This document shows, in pieces, positions 27,557-35,585 of a stretch of DNA of 41,785 bases (its first letter is position 1; the number at the start of each line of letters is the position of its first letter). The stretch comes from a virus (Duplodnaviria; Caudoviricetes). The notes beneath the pieces are model-generated. The model saw nothing but the letters and a program-made list of their open reading frames with translations, ran no database searches and was not told where the DNA came from. A program made the position numbers and the translations under genes. The stretch lies in IMG/VR virus record IMGVR_UViG_3300010376_000019, positions 1 through 41,785 of that record. One strand, given 5' to 3'.

Positions 27557-28141
27557 ATGATTGAACGAAAATACTTCTTTGACTCCGTCCGCTCGTCGCT
27601 CTTCTCCGGTTCCATGAGCCAAGATCAAGTTGACGGCATGACGGCGCTGCTCGACTACAGCGAGCAGATCGGCTGCGACGATCGTCATCTCGCTTATATA
27701 TTAGCGACGACATTCCACGAGACGGCGCAGACGATGCAGCCGATCGCGGAATACGGCAAGGGAAAAGGGAAGCCGTACGGCGTGCCCGATGGACCGTACA
27801 ATCAGATTTATTACGGCCGGGGGTTCGTCCAACTCACTTGGTACGATAATTACAAGAAGCAAGACGCGAAGCTCAACCTGAATGGCGCGCTCGTCCAGAA
27901 CGCCGACCTCGCCCTCGATCTGCAGCTCGCCACCCAGATCATCTTTGGCGGCATGTATGACGGCGACTTCACCGGCGTCGGGCTCCCGAAATACATTACC
28001 GTGTCGAAGCCCCCGGACGATACGACCGACTTCTACAACGCTCGGAAGATCGTCAACGGGCTCGATTGTGCTTCGCAGATCCAGAGCTATGCCCAAGCAT
28101 TCACGAACGCCATCACGCATACGGCTACGGCGTTCGCATGA
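27557..28141 (+). CDS. Endolysin, glycoside hydrolase family 19-like
   Basis: AYILATTFHET..TMQPIAE, YYGRGFVQLTWYDNY and ARKIVNG.D motifs. Confidence 0.9.
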   Translation: MIERKYFFDSVRSSLFSGSMSQDQVDGMTALLDYSEQIGCDDRHLAYILATTFHETAQTMQPIAEYGKGKGKPYGVPDGPYNQIYYGRGFVQLTWYDNYKKQDAKLNLNGALVQNADLALDLQLATQIIFGGMYDGDFTGVGLPKYITVSKPPDDTTDFYNARKIVNGLDCASQIQSYAQAFTNAITHTATAFA

Positions 28142-28251
28142 TGGTGACGGTGGGCACGCTGCTGAAGATCGTGGCGGCCGTCGGCGCCATCGTCGTCGCG
28201 GGGATACTGCTGCGGACCTATCTCGATTGGCGGAAAGAGCACCGACCCTGA
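28138..28251 (+). CDS. Single-TM small protein (holin-like candidate)
   Basis: MMVTVGTLLKIVAAVGAIVVAGILLRTYLDWRKEHRP; ATGA overlap with the endolysin; basic C-tail. Confidence 0.5.
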   Translation: MMVTVGTLLKIVAAVGAIVVAGILLRTYLDWRKEHRP

Positions 28252-28266
28252 GCCACCATCAGCGGG

Positions 28267-28479
28267 CTAGCCAGGAAACCCGTGGACGATGATGCTCCAC
28301 ACACCTAGGAAGAGCAGGAAGATCACGGAGAGTACCGTGAACGCTTCCGGGATCCGGGCGACAAGGCGGCCGATCCGGCCGGGCTGATCGTCCCATTGCG
28401 GCTGCGGATCGACACGATCGGCGATGCGGCCGATCTTGAGCACGATCGCCGCCAGCATCAAGAAGAGCGGAAAGCTCAT
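28267..28479 (-). CDS. Small two-TM membrane protein
   Basis: MSFPLFLMLAAIVLK...FTVLSVIFLLFLGVWSIIV; AGGGGG before the ATG. Confidence 0.55.
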   Translation of the reverse strand: MSFPLFLMLAAIVLKIGRIADRVDPQPQWDDQPGRIGRLVARIPEAFTVLSVIFLLFLGVWSIIVHGFPG

Positions 28480-28489
28480 GGTCGGCCCC

Positions 28490-28780
28490 CTAGTCGTCGT
28501 CGCCCCAGGTCGACCCGAAGTGGCTCGGGCCGCCCGTGGCGAACGGGTTGCGGACGCCATTGGGGGAGAACTGAGAACCCCACTGGCTGAACGGGTTGTT
28601 GATCGAGTCGGGGCTGAACTGGCTGCCGTAGCGGCCGAAGGGGTTCGCGACCGAATTCGGATCGAAGCGGTTGCTGTTCAGGTTGCCGAGATACTGCCCG
28701 TTCGGCGCGTAGAGCTGGACTTGAGCCCCCGCGATGGTGGCCGTCAGCACGACGGCGGCGACGATGACAAGATGCTTCAT
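28490..28780 (-). CDS. Secreted protein with NS(V/I)xNPFxxYGSxFS repeats
   Basis: Clear signal peptide and three internal repeats; AAAGG RBS. Confidence 0.8.
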   Translation of the reverse strand: MKHLVIVAAVVLTATIAGAQVQLYAPNGQYLGNLNSNRFDPNSVANPFGRYGSQFSPDSINNPFSQWGSQFSPNGVRNPFATGGPSHFGSTWGDDD

Positions 28781-28882
28781 GGTAAGCCTTTCTGGTGCAG
28801 CCTGATGCTGCCCCTAGAGCAAAGACGTACGTCCGGCGGGCTTTGGGAGTCCATAGCGCAGCTGCGCTATCGCCGCCGGCCC

Positions 28883-28912
28883 TTGTCGGCTGGTGCCGCC
28901 TGGGGCTAGAAT
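28883..28912 (+). promoter_or_regulatory. Candidate sigma70 promoter, probably leaderless
   Basis: TTGTCG-N18-TAGAAT, with the ATG at 28920 only 7 nt after the -10. Confidence 0.45.
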
Positions 28913-28919
28913 CGAGTCC

Positions 28920-29150
28920 ATGGACTTTGAAACGGCCGTGCTCGGGATGTTGGTACTAGGCGCGCTGTCCACGGCGTTCAATGCCGCCATGCTCGTCCTG
29001 ATCTTCCGTCAGCGGCGCTTCTTCTCCCCGCCTGAAGCGGCGCTCTTCTTGGAGCAGAAGAAGCTGCGGGAAGTCTACGCGGAGATGGCGCGCTCGATCG
29101 ATGGCAAGCTCGACACCATCTACGCCGAGATGCGCCACGTCCTAGACTAG
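28920..29150 (+). CDS. Membrane-anchored coiled-coil protein
   Basis: N-terminal TM followed by a charged helix. Confidence 0.65.
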   Translation: MDFETAVLGMLVLGALSTAFNAAMLVLIFRQRRFFSPPEAALFLEQKKLREVYAEMARSIDGKLDTIYAEMRHVLD

Positions 29151-29351
29151 ATGCCCTGGTGGGCAATCGTGCAGCTCGGGGGGCTGGTGGCGCAATTCGC
29201 CATGGCGGCCTACACCTGGCGCGAAGGGCAGAAGGCGCGGCGCGCGCTCGACGATGCCATCGCCGCGCGCGGCGCCGCCATGCAAATGCTCACACTCGCG
29301 CGCACGTTAGTTGAGACGGGCCAGGACGAGCAGCCGCCGGCTGTTCACTAG
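29151..29351 (+). CDS. Small membrane-anchored protein
   Basis: Hydrophobic N-terminus; abuts the previous stop. Confidence 0.6.
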   Translation: MPWWAIVQLGGLVAQFAMAAYTWREGQKARRALDDAIAARGAAMQMLTLARTLVETGQDEQPPAVH

Positions 29352-29536
29352 GGCGCCTTCCCCCGCGTGCTCTTCCGACGAGCGAGCACCGCAAAGCAGC
29401 GGCCGCAGACGAGCTGATCGGGCGTCGCGTAGTCGCCCATCTGCCACGTCTGCTTATTCGGCGGATGCGGCGGGCATTTCTTCGCTTCGCGGCGCTGCAC
29501 GCCATCGCGCTCCATGCGGCCGAGCGTCGAGCCCAT
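29348..29536 (-). CDS. Small putative zinc-binding protein
   Basis: TGATG coupling at 29536; CPPH...CGRC. Confidence 0.55.
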   Translation of the reverse strand: MGSTLGRMERDGVQRREAKKCPPHPPNKQTWQMGDYATPDQLVCGRCFAVLARRKSTRGKAP

Positions 29537-29736
29537 CAGCGCATGCCGCGCAGCCGCTCGCGCTCCGCTTCGAGCCGATCGATGGCGTTTCGCAGGATGG
29601 GCCCAGCCCGCTCGACGCGGCGGCGGTAGCGCCAGCGTAAGAAGCGCTCGACGAGCGTCCGGCCCGTCAGCCGCTGCACCAGCCAGGCGGTGGCATAGCC
29701 GGCCGCCAGCCCGATCGCGACGCCGCGCCAATCCAT
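29536..29736 (-). CDS. Small membrane-associated protein
   Basis: Coupled ORF with a hydrophobic N-terminus. Confidence 0.6.
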   Translation of the reverse strand: MDWRGVAIGLAAGYATAWLVQRLTGRTLVERFLRWRYRRRVERAGPILRNAIDRLEAERERLRGMR

Positions 29737-30213
29737 CTAGTGCCCCTCCCGTAGCCGTAGCCGGCGCACGATCTCATGATGCGCGGCGGCGGCTTCTTCT
29801 TCGGTACGATAGCGCAGCTGATCGACGGGCTCGTCCGTCTCGGGATCGGGGAAGTCGAGCACGTCCCGTTCTTCGCGGCCCTTCCAGAAACGCGATTCGC
29901 GCCCCGTCCCCTTAAATCGCATGGTTTCATACAGCAGCGGCGGCCCGACGAGCGCGTGATCGCAGCCGAGCCAGACCGTCGACAGATACGAGCCATCGGG
30001 CAGCTCGTCCATGCCGATGGTGCGGTCGGTATGTTCGAACAGCCGCCCCCAGACGAGCGCGGGCTCGGCGCCATCGACGCTCGGAATCGGGAAGCCCTGG
30101 CGATCGAAGAAGCTCGGGCGGTCTTCGAGCCGATCGATTGGCCACATGGGCAGGCGGCCAAGGCGCGAGCTGTGCAGATCGCAGACTGCCCATAGATTGG
30201 CGAAGTCGAGCAT
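29737..30213 (-). CDS. Conserved phage hypothetical protein (STVWLGxDH...YETM...RYxTxEEA)
   Basis: Recurrent phage-protein motif pattern; ATG coupled to the upstream TGA. Confidence 0.7.
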   Translation of the reverse strand: MLDFANLWAVCDLHSSRLGRLPMWPIDRLEDRPSFFDRQGFPIPSVDGAEPALVWGRLFEHTDRTIGMDELPDGSYLSTVWLGCDHALVGPPLLYETMRFKGTGRESRFWKGREERDVLDFPDPETDEPVDQLRYRTEEEAAAAHHEIVRRLRLREGH

Positions 30214-30431
30214 CAGGGACGCCCGAGCACGGCCGCCACCCGTCGCTCGTCGGCTTCGGCGCGGGCGATGATGCGTTGACACAGGCGACACGTGAGCGCG
30301 TCGGGCGTCACCCGCAGCCACCGCCGCCGCCGGCCGCAGAGCGTGCGCGACTCGTCGGGCCGGCCAGCATGCACGGTCCCCTGGCGGGGGAAGGCGACAT
30401 GCTCAACCGGCGGCATCGTCGCCATCACCAT
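30213..30431 (-). CDS. Small zinc-finger-like protein
   Basis: VH...TLCG...TCRLC. Confidence 0.6.
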   Translation of the reverse strand: MVMATMPPVEHVAFPRQGTVHAGRPDESRTLCGRRRRWLRVTPDALTCRLCQRIIARAEADERRVAAVLGRP

Positions 30432-30597
30432 GGATCACGCGGCAATACTTGAACGGCGCCGCGTGGCGATAGGGAATCCGCGCCGGCCCGAGTCCGCAGA
30501 CGCAGCAGCGCGTCCCGGCGTCGCCGACGAGCGCGTGCGCCGGGGCGCCCGGATGGCGCGCGTCGAAGCATTCCACGCAGAGCTTGTGATTCCGCAT
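30403..30597 (-). CDS. Small Cys-rich protein
   Basis: GGGAGG RBS; CVEC and CCVC. Confidence 0.6.
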   Translation of the reverse strand: MRNHKLCVECFDARHPGAPAHALVGDAGTRCCVCGLGPARIPYRHAAPFKYCRVIHGDGDDAAG

Positions 30598-30616
30598 TTC
30601 ACGGGAACCTCCCTGA

Positions 30617-31567
30617 TTATGCAGCGGTGTCGGGCGTGCTCGGCGGCTTCGCATCGGGTGGTGGGGGGGCGGGGGGGACACTGCCGGGCGGCTCGTTCCC
30701 GCGACCGCCGGCATCGGCGGCAGCATCCACCCCCCGCCGCCGTCGCAGCGTTTCGGCCAGCTTTGATTCTCCGGAGCCCGCTGCTGATGGAAATTCAGCC
30801 TCAACGCTCGTCTCTTTCTCGCGGATGGCTGTTAGTAAACCACCGAGCAGCGTCAGATCTTCAAGATCGATATCCTCGATACCCCGGCGCTCCAATTTGT
30901 CGCAGACGGCTGCCGCTGAAATACCGAATTCCGCGAAGGCAGCGAGCGCCCGCTGGCGACCTTCGGTCAACGTCTTCGCATCGCCTGCGGCGACCTTTTT
31001 GGCGACTTCGACAAGCGGATTGATAAAGGCGCGGGGGATGACCCGGAAAATGGCATTCCGCATGGCGATCGAACACGCCGCATTGGCCGTCTGCACCATC
31101 ATATCGTCCGAATATCGGCGTCCATTCCGATCAACGATCCGCCGTCGCGTTTCGGTCACAATCGCGACGTTGCTCTCGACGTCATGCGCCCATCCTTGCG
31201 CGACGACTTCTCGATCCGTCTCAGCGATGATCCGTGCGCCAGCTCGCATGTTTCGATAGGCGATCTGCGCGATCTCGGCGAGACGGACGGATGGCCCCTC
31301 CAAGTTGACTCGCTTATACGATCCATCTTCCTGCCGTTGCTTCCGGGGAAGACTCCAAAAGCAAGCGCTTGCGGTTTCCTGATCAAGCCGGATCATCGTC
31401 AAAGCCATCTGTTTGAAGAGAGCCAGCGAGCGGGGATAGCGGCGCGCGGTGGCGATGGCGACGTCGATCTCACTTCGGGTCAGTACCTCAAGAGCGGTCG
31501 GCGGCAAGCTGACCGGCTCCGGTAGCACGACATCAATCGTCCGCTCCGTCGTTGTTACGTCTGACAT
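30617..31567 (-). CDS. Putative single-strand annealing / recombination protein
   Basis: EIDVAIATARRYPRS...GPSVRLAE...RNAIFRVIP; in an operon with a YqaJ-type exonuclease; function inferred. Confidence 0.55.
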   Translation of the reverse strand: MSDVTTTERTIDVVLPEPVSLPPTALEVLTRSEIDVAIATARRYPRSLALFKQMALTMIRLDQETASACFWSLPRKQRQEDGSYKRVNLEGPSVRLAEIAQIAYRNMRAGARIIAETDREVVAQGWAHDVESNVAIVTETRRRIVDRNGRRYSDDMMVQTANAACSIAMRNAIFRVIPRAFINPLVEVAKKVAAGDAKTLTEGRQRALAAFAEFGISAAAVCDKLERRGIEDIDLEDLTLLGGLLTAIREKETSVEAEFPSAAGSGESKLAETLRRRRGVDAAADAGGRGNEPPGSVPPAPPPPDAKPPSTPDTAA

Positions 31568-31998
31568 GCAATCATCCTTCTAGGCGCCTGCTTGCGCCGC
31601 TGTTTTTGTACTCGCGCCCGCGCACGACTGCAGATGATGCACCGTCGATCCCGATACTGCGGATAGACGTTCCCCTCGTAAGGATGGCCCTTCTTGCAAG
31701 CCGTCTGCTTCGCCAATCGCGCACGGCGATGGAGAATCAAATGAGCGCCCCGACTGAGCAGCTCGAGATTCTCTGGTCGGTTATCGTCGCGGCGTTCATT
31801 TCGATGATGGATGACCATGCCAGTGGGAATCGGGCCACCGAGAGCCTCTTCCATGACAATGATATGCTCAAAGACGTAGCCGTTGGGGGCACTCCGGGGA
31901 TGATCCGCCCGACTGATCTGGATGTAGCCATCTGCCGTCCGGTAACGGCCACCCTTCCAATGGCCGTTTAGGGGCCCTTTCAAGCCGCCGCGGCTCAT
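31555..31998 (-). CDS. HNH endonuclease
   Basis: WKGG...GYVFEHIIVMEEALG...IHHRNERRDDNRPENLEL; C-terminal CKKGH...RCIIC; lower GC. Confidence 0.88.
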   Translation of the reverse strand: MSRGGLKGPLNGHWKGGRYRTADGYIQISRADHPRSAPNGYVFEHIIVMEEALGGPIPTGMVIHHRNERRDDNRPENLELLSRGAHLILHRRARLAKQTACKKGHPYEGNVYPQYRDRRCIICSRARARVQKQRRKQAPRRMIACQT

Positions 31999-32909
31999 GC
32001 CACCTTCCGCTTGTCGTTCGGGACAAAACGAAGCGTCCGGACGATGGACGCCTTGACGGTGTACGCCTGGCGCTGGGCGGCCTTGTAGGACAGCCGGCCC
32101 AGCTCGCAGATGCCGTGTTCGCCGTTCCCGAGCGCCGTCAGGATCAGGCGCTGCAGGTGCTCTTCGTTCGCTTCGGCTTGCTTCCGCACCGCTTTCGCCG
32201 CCAGCCATTCGCTGACGAAGACCGGATCGACGGGCATCGGGGGCGCCGTCGGCTCGCGCTGGAACCGGCGCAGCGTATCGAGCGACGGCGGATCGTCCGG
32301 CGGGCAGCGATCCCGCTCGACGTAGTCCCGCCAGAAGCGGCCCTCGAGCTGCAGGAGCTCGGCCACGATCTCGTCGTCCCGCTCGACGCGGTAGCAGCGG
32401 AGCCCCCGGCCCCCGAGCAGGACGGGAATCAGGGCGGCTTGCACCGGCGGCATGTTCGGCTGCGCGTCGAGCACGGCGAAGGCGTGATGGACTTGGACGA
32501 GCACGCTCTCGGGGACTTCGTCCGTCCCGTCGTCGCCGTAGGCGGTGGCGTAGACGGCCGGCGCCGGCCCCAAGAGCCCGCTCGTCTTGGCTTCGACGAG
32601 CGTCGCCGGGGCATCCAGGGCGATCCCGTCCACGCTCGCCGCCATCGGCAGCGTCGGGTGGCGATACCAGACTTCGGGCGCGACGGGCCGCCCGAGCTTC
32701 TTCGCCGCGACGCCGACGAGCAGCGGCCCGAGCGCCGAGCCGAGCGCGAGCGGCGTCAGCCCGCCGCCCTCGTCCCCGCCATCGGGCACGCGGCCCGTCT
32801 TCCGCGCCCAGACGTCGCCCGCCGTCTGGAAGGGATCGACGCCGGCAATCGCCGGGGCATCCGAGCCGCCGATGCAATCGCGCCGCCAGGGCGCCAGCTC
32901 TTCCCGCAT
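31995..32909 (-). CDS. YqaJ-like (lambda exonuclease family) recombination nuclease
   Basis: WRRDCIGGSDAPAIAGVDPF, ASVDG, VEAKT and QVHH motifs. Confidence 0.9.
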   Translation of the reverse strand: MREELAPWRRDCIGGSDAPAIAGVDPFQTAGDVWARKTGRVPDGGDEGGGLTPLALGSALGPLLVGVAAKKLGRPVAPEVWYRHPTLPMAASVDGIALDAPATLVEAKTSGLLGPAPAVYATAYGDDGTDEVPESVLVQVHHAFAVLDAQPNMPPVQAALIPVLLGGRGLRCYRVERDDEIVAELLQLEGRFWRDYVERDRCPPDDPPSLDTLRRFQREPTAPPMPVDPVFVSEWLAAKAVRKQAEANEEHLQRLILTALGNGEHGICELGRLSYKAAQRQAYTVKASIVRTLRFVPNDKRKVA

Positions 32910-32935
32910 TCCGCGCCTGCTTTCTTCCCCCGCGC

Positions 32936-33220
32936 TCAGTGGGGCGGCCCGGCGCTCTCAAAGCCGAGCTGCCGGCACCACCGAAAAAAGCCCTTGCGAT
33001 CGATCCGGAAGCGGCTGCCGACCTTCACGAGACAATGGGCATCCGTCCGGCGCAGATGCAGCATGAGCGTCCGCGGATGCATGTCGAGCTGGGCAGCGGC
33101 ATCGCGGAGCGGCAGCGTCAGCGGCCCGATGCGCTCTGGCGGGTGGCCCCGCCGGCCCCGCGCAGGCGCCGCACGCCCATTGCTGGGGCGCTTCCGTCTA
33201 TGCTTCGTCATCACAACCAC
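32936..33220 (-). CDS. Excisionase/Cro-like HTH protein
   Basis: LPLRDAAAQLDMHPRTL...VKVGSRFRID winged-HTH pattern; first gene of the leftward operon. Confidence 0.7.
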   Translation of the reverse strand: MVVMTKHRRKRPSNGRAAPARGRRGHPPERIGPLTLPLRDAAAQLDMHPRTLMLHLRRTDAHCLVKVGSRFRIDRKGFFRWCRQLGFESAGPPH

Positions 33221-33284
33221 CCTGCATCGAGATCGCGGGACAATCTGACGAATTGACTACGTTGCAGGTAGGACGAAGAAGGCG

Positions 33285-33314
33285 CATCGTGCAACATCGT
33301 GCAAAAATGGTCAA
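33285..33314 (-). promoter_or_regulatory. Leftward promoter overlapped by tandem 10-bp operator-like repeats
   Basis: Minus strand TTGACC-N17-CACGAT; CATCGTGCAA twice at 33285-33304. Confidence 0.55.
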
Positions 33315-33633
33315 GAGGGGAAACCGTCCTATTGCTCAATCGCGTCACTTTCGGCTTCGTCATGCCGTGGACAAACCAAAGCAGACTGATCCGCCGGGCG
33401 GGCGGGGCTGGGTCGTGAAACGTTTCGTGGTCGGCGTCGATGCAACTTTGCTGGCCTACATCGACGCCCAGCGCGTCCGACTCCAAGCACGCACCGACGC
33501 CGAAGTGCTCTATCGGCTGCTGCGGGAACACACGCTCTGTAAAGCCCGGATCGCCGCACTTGAAGCCCGCGTGAAAGCGCTGAGTGTCCGCATGGTTGCC
33601 ACGCCGAAACGCCGAAAGCCGCGCCGTTCCTGA
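33307..33633 (+). CDS. Putative ribbon-helix-helix regulator with a coiled-coil tail (start uncertain: 33307 or GTG at 33367)
   Basis: KRFVVGVDATLLAYIDAQR...DAEVLYRLL beta-helix-helix pattern; divergent from the HTH gene. Confidence 0.5.
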   Translation: MVKRGNRPIAQSRHFRLRHAVDKPKQTDPPGGRGWVVKRFVVGVDATLLAYIDAQRVRLQARTDAEVLYRLLREHTLCKARIAALEARVKALSVRMVATPKRRKPRRS

Positions 33634-33776
33634 GCCGACGCGACTTGTCCACAGTGAAAATCGTGTCGTTTTGGGTAGTTTCGCGTAGGATACTGTCATT
33701 TATGTCAGGCTAGGCAGCAAGCTTTCGCCCACCTTGACACATCCCGGGGCCCGGGGCTAGATCGGCCCCCGCTGGT

Positions 33777-34178
33777 ATGGCGGCGTCGAACGTCAAGCGA
33801 GCCTGCAGTGATCGACGCGTCGCCCGGCTGATCGCCCGCCGCCACGCCGAGATGGCCGAGCTGATCGATACGATCGGGCACGCCGCCGATCTCGATCAGC
33901 TGCTCTTGGACTTGTCCGACGAGCTGCGAACGGTGGCCGAACGCCGCTGCGCGCTCCGCGACGACGAGCCCGAGCCGGCACCCTTGGGCGGCCCCGATGA
34001 CGAATGGCTGACGATCCAGCAAGTGGCCCGGCTAACGGGCCGGGCCGTCTCGACGATCAAGCACGGCCCCCGGGACGCCATCCCCGGGCGCCGGCAGCTC
34101 GTCCCGAATGGGGCCGTCCGCTGGTCCCGGCGGGCCATTGAACGGTGGATCGAGAGCTTCAGCAGCCATAGCACCTGA
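33777..34178 (+). CDS. AlpA/excisionase-like HTH protein
   Basis: EWLTIQQVARLTGRAVSTIK...VRWSRRAIERWI. Confidence 0.7.
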   Translation: MAASNVKRACSDRRVARLIARRHAEMAELIDTIGHAADLDQLLLDLSDELRTVAERRCALRDDEPEPAPLGGPDDEWLTIQQVARLTGRAVSTIKHGPRDAIPGRRQLVPNGAVRWSRRAIERWIESFSSHST

Positions 34179-34193
34179 GCGGGGACCATGGGC

Positions 34194-34232
34194 TTGCTAT
34201 CATTACCTCGATACCCGTATACTCCAGGGTAT
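34194..34232 (+). promoter_or_regulatory. Sigma70 promoter with an inverted-repeat operator for the RHH-int operon
   Basis: TTGCTA-N18-TATACT; ATACCC (34211) and GGGTAT (34227) flank the -10; ATG 7 nt after the -10. Confidence 0.6.
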
Positions 34233-34416
34233 GAAAACACGCACGGCCACCCCGGTGGCTCCCCCCAAAGTCGACGACGATATCAAGACGTCGCTGAAGC
34301 TCCCCCCCGCACTCTGGCGGGGGGCGAAGATCCGCGCCGCCGACGAGCGGACGAACCTGCGCGCGATCATCATCCGCGCGCTCACCGCCTACCTGGCGAC
34401 GCCGGCCCGGAGCTAG
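34231..34416 (+). CDS. Arc/CopG-like ribbon-helix-helix protein
   Basis: IKTSLKLPPALWRGAKIRAADERTNLRAIIIRALTAYL. Confidence 0.8.
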   Translation: MKTRTATPVAPPKVDDDIKTSLKLPPALWRGAKIRAADERTNLRAIIIRALTAYLATPARS

Positions 34417-34418
34417 CG

Positions 34419-35564
34419 ATGGCGAAGAACCTCCTAGCCGTCGAACCCGGGATCTGGCGCCGCATCTCCAAGGCGGGCGTCGTCTCCCGGTTTCTCACCA
34501 TCACCTACCAGCTGAAGGGCCAGACCAAATTCGAGCGCACCGGAACGAGCTCCGTCGTCGACGCCCGCAAGCTCCGCGCCATCCGCCTGGCCGCCACGGC
34601 CACGGGGAGCCCGCTGCCCTGTGGGCTCGTCGTCAACGTGCTGCTCGATCGCGTGCTCGCCTACTACGTGGCGAACAACCTGCCCTCGCTCCGGACCGTC
34701 CACGGCCATGTCGCCCAGCTCCGCGCCGCCATCGGCCCCATGAAGGTGAAGGATCTGTCGCCCGAGCGGATCGAAGCCATGCAGGACGCCTGGCAGGCGA
34801 TCACGGGCCGGCACGCCATCACCAACGCCACGATCAACAAGCGGTGTGAGATCCTGCGCCGCGCATTCAACCTGGCCAAGCAGAAGGGCACGATCGCGCA
34901 GGCCCCCTACATCCGCCGACTCAAGCCGCGGCCCATTCAAGCTCGCTACATCCAGGGCGCCGATCAGGCGCTACTCTCCGAGTACCTGCCGGACTACGTC
35001 GTCGTGCTGGTCGAATTCGCCCGCCTGTTTGGGGTTCGCAAAGGCCAACTCTCACGGACGCTGAAGACGATGGCTGATCTGGGCCGCGCCATGGTCAGCT
35101 GGCCGGGCGACGAAGCCAAGAACGAACAACCCCACCCGATGCCGCTCGACGGGCCCGGGCTCGAGATCGTCGACCGGCAGCTCGCGATGAATCCCTGGTG
35201 CCCGTACCTCTTCCACGGCCGCTACTGCCGGCCCGGCCGCACGCCGAACAAGCACTACGGCTGCGTCGGCGACTTCAAGAAGGCGTGGCAGACGGCGTGC
35301 CGCAAAGCCGGGATGCCCGTCGGGCGCAAGGCGGGCGGCATCGTCTTCCATCATACCCGGAACACCGCCGTCACCGACATGCTCTCTGGCCCTACGCCGA
35401 TGACGCCGCACGACGCCATGGCGATCTCGAATCACAAGACGCTCAGCATGCTGAAGACCTACAATCTGGGGAACGTCGAAGCGCTCCGCGCGCGCCTGGC
35501 CGCCAGCCGGGTCGACCGCACGCAGCACGTCGAGACGTTCCACGACGCCGCGAAAAAGGCGTGA
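34419..35564 (+). CDS. int: Tyrosine integrase
   Basis: Catalytic R (GVRKGQL), K (EAKN), HxxR (FHHTRN), H (SNHKT) and Y (KTYN). Confidence 0.93.
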   Translation: MAKNLLAVEPGIWRRISKAGVVSRFLTITYQLKGQTKFERTGTSSVVDARKLRAIRLAATATGSPLPCGLVVNVLLDRVLAYYVANNLPSLRTVHGHVAQLRAAIGPMKVKDLSPERIEAMQDAWQAITGRHAITNATINKRCEILRRAFNLAKQKGTIAQAPYIRRLKPRPIQARYIQGADQALLSEYLPDYVVVLVEFARLFGVRKGQLSRTLKTMADLGRAMVSWPGDEAKNEQPHPMPLDGPGLEIVDRQLAMNPWCPYLFHGRYCRPGRTPNKHYGCVGDFKKAWQTACRKAGMPVGRKAGGIVFHHTRNTAVTDMLSGPTPMTPHDAMAISNHKTLSMLKTYNLGNVEALRARLAASRVDRTQHVETFHDAAKKA

Positions 35565-35585
35565 TCCCGATCCCCCCAAAGCGCC

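Noticed and set aside
31999-32961. 468-aa HNH ORF as a single long protein
   Set aside because: The upstream part is an off-frame shadow of the YqaJ gene; the HNH start at 31998 has an ATGA overlap and an RBS
34188-34418. N-terminal extension of the integrase as in the ORF track
   Set aside because: The interval is better explained by a promoter and the RHH gene in another frame; the int start is taken as 34419
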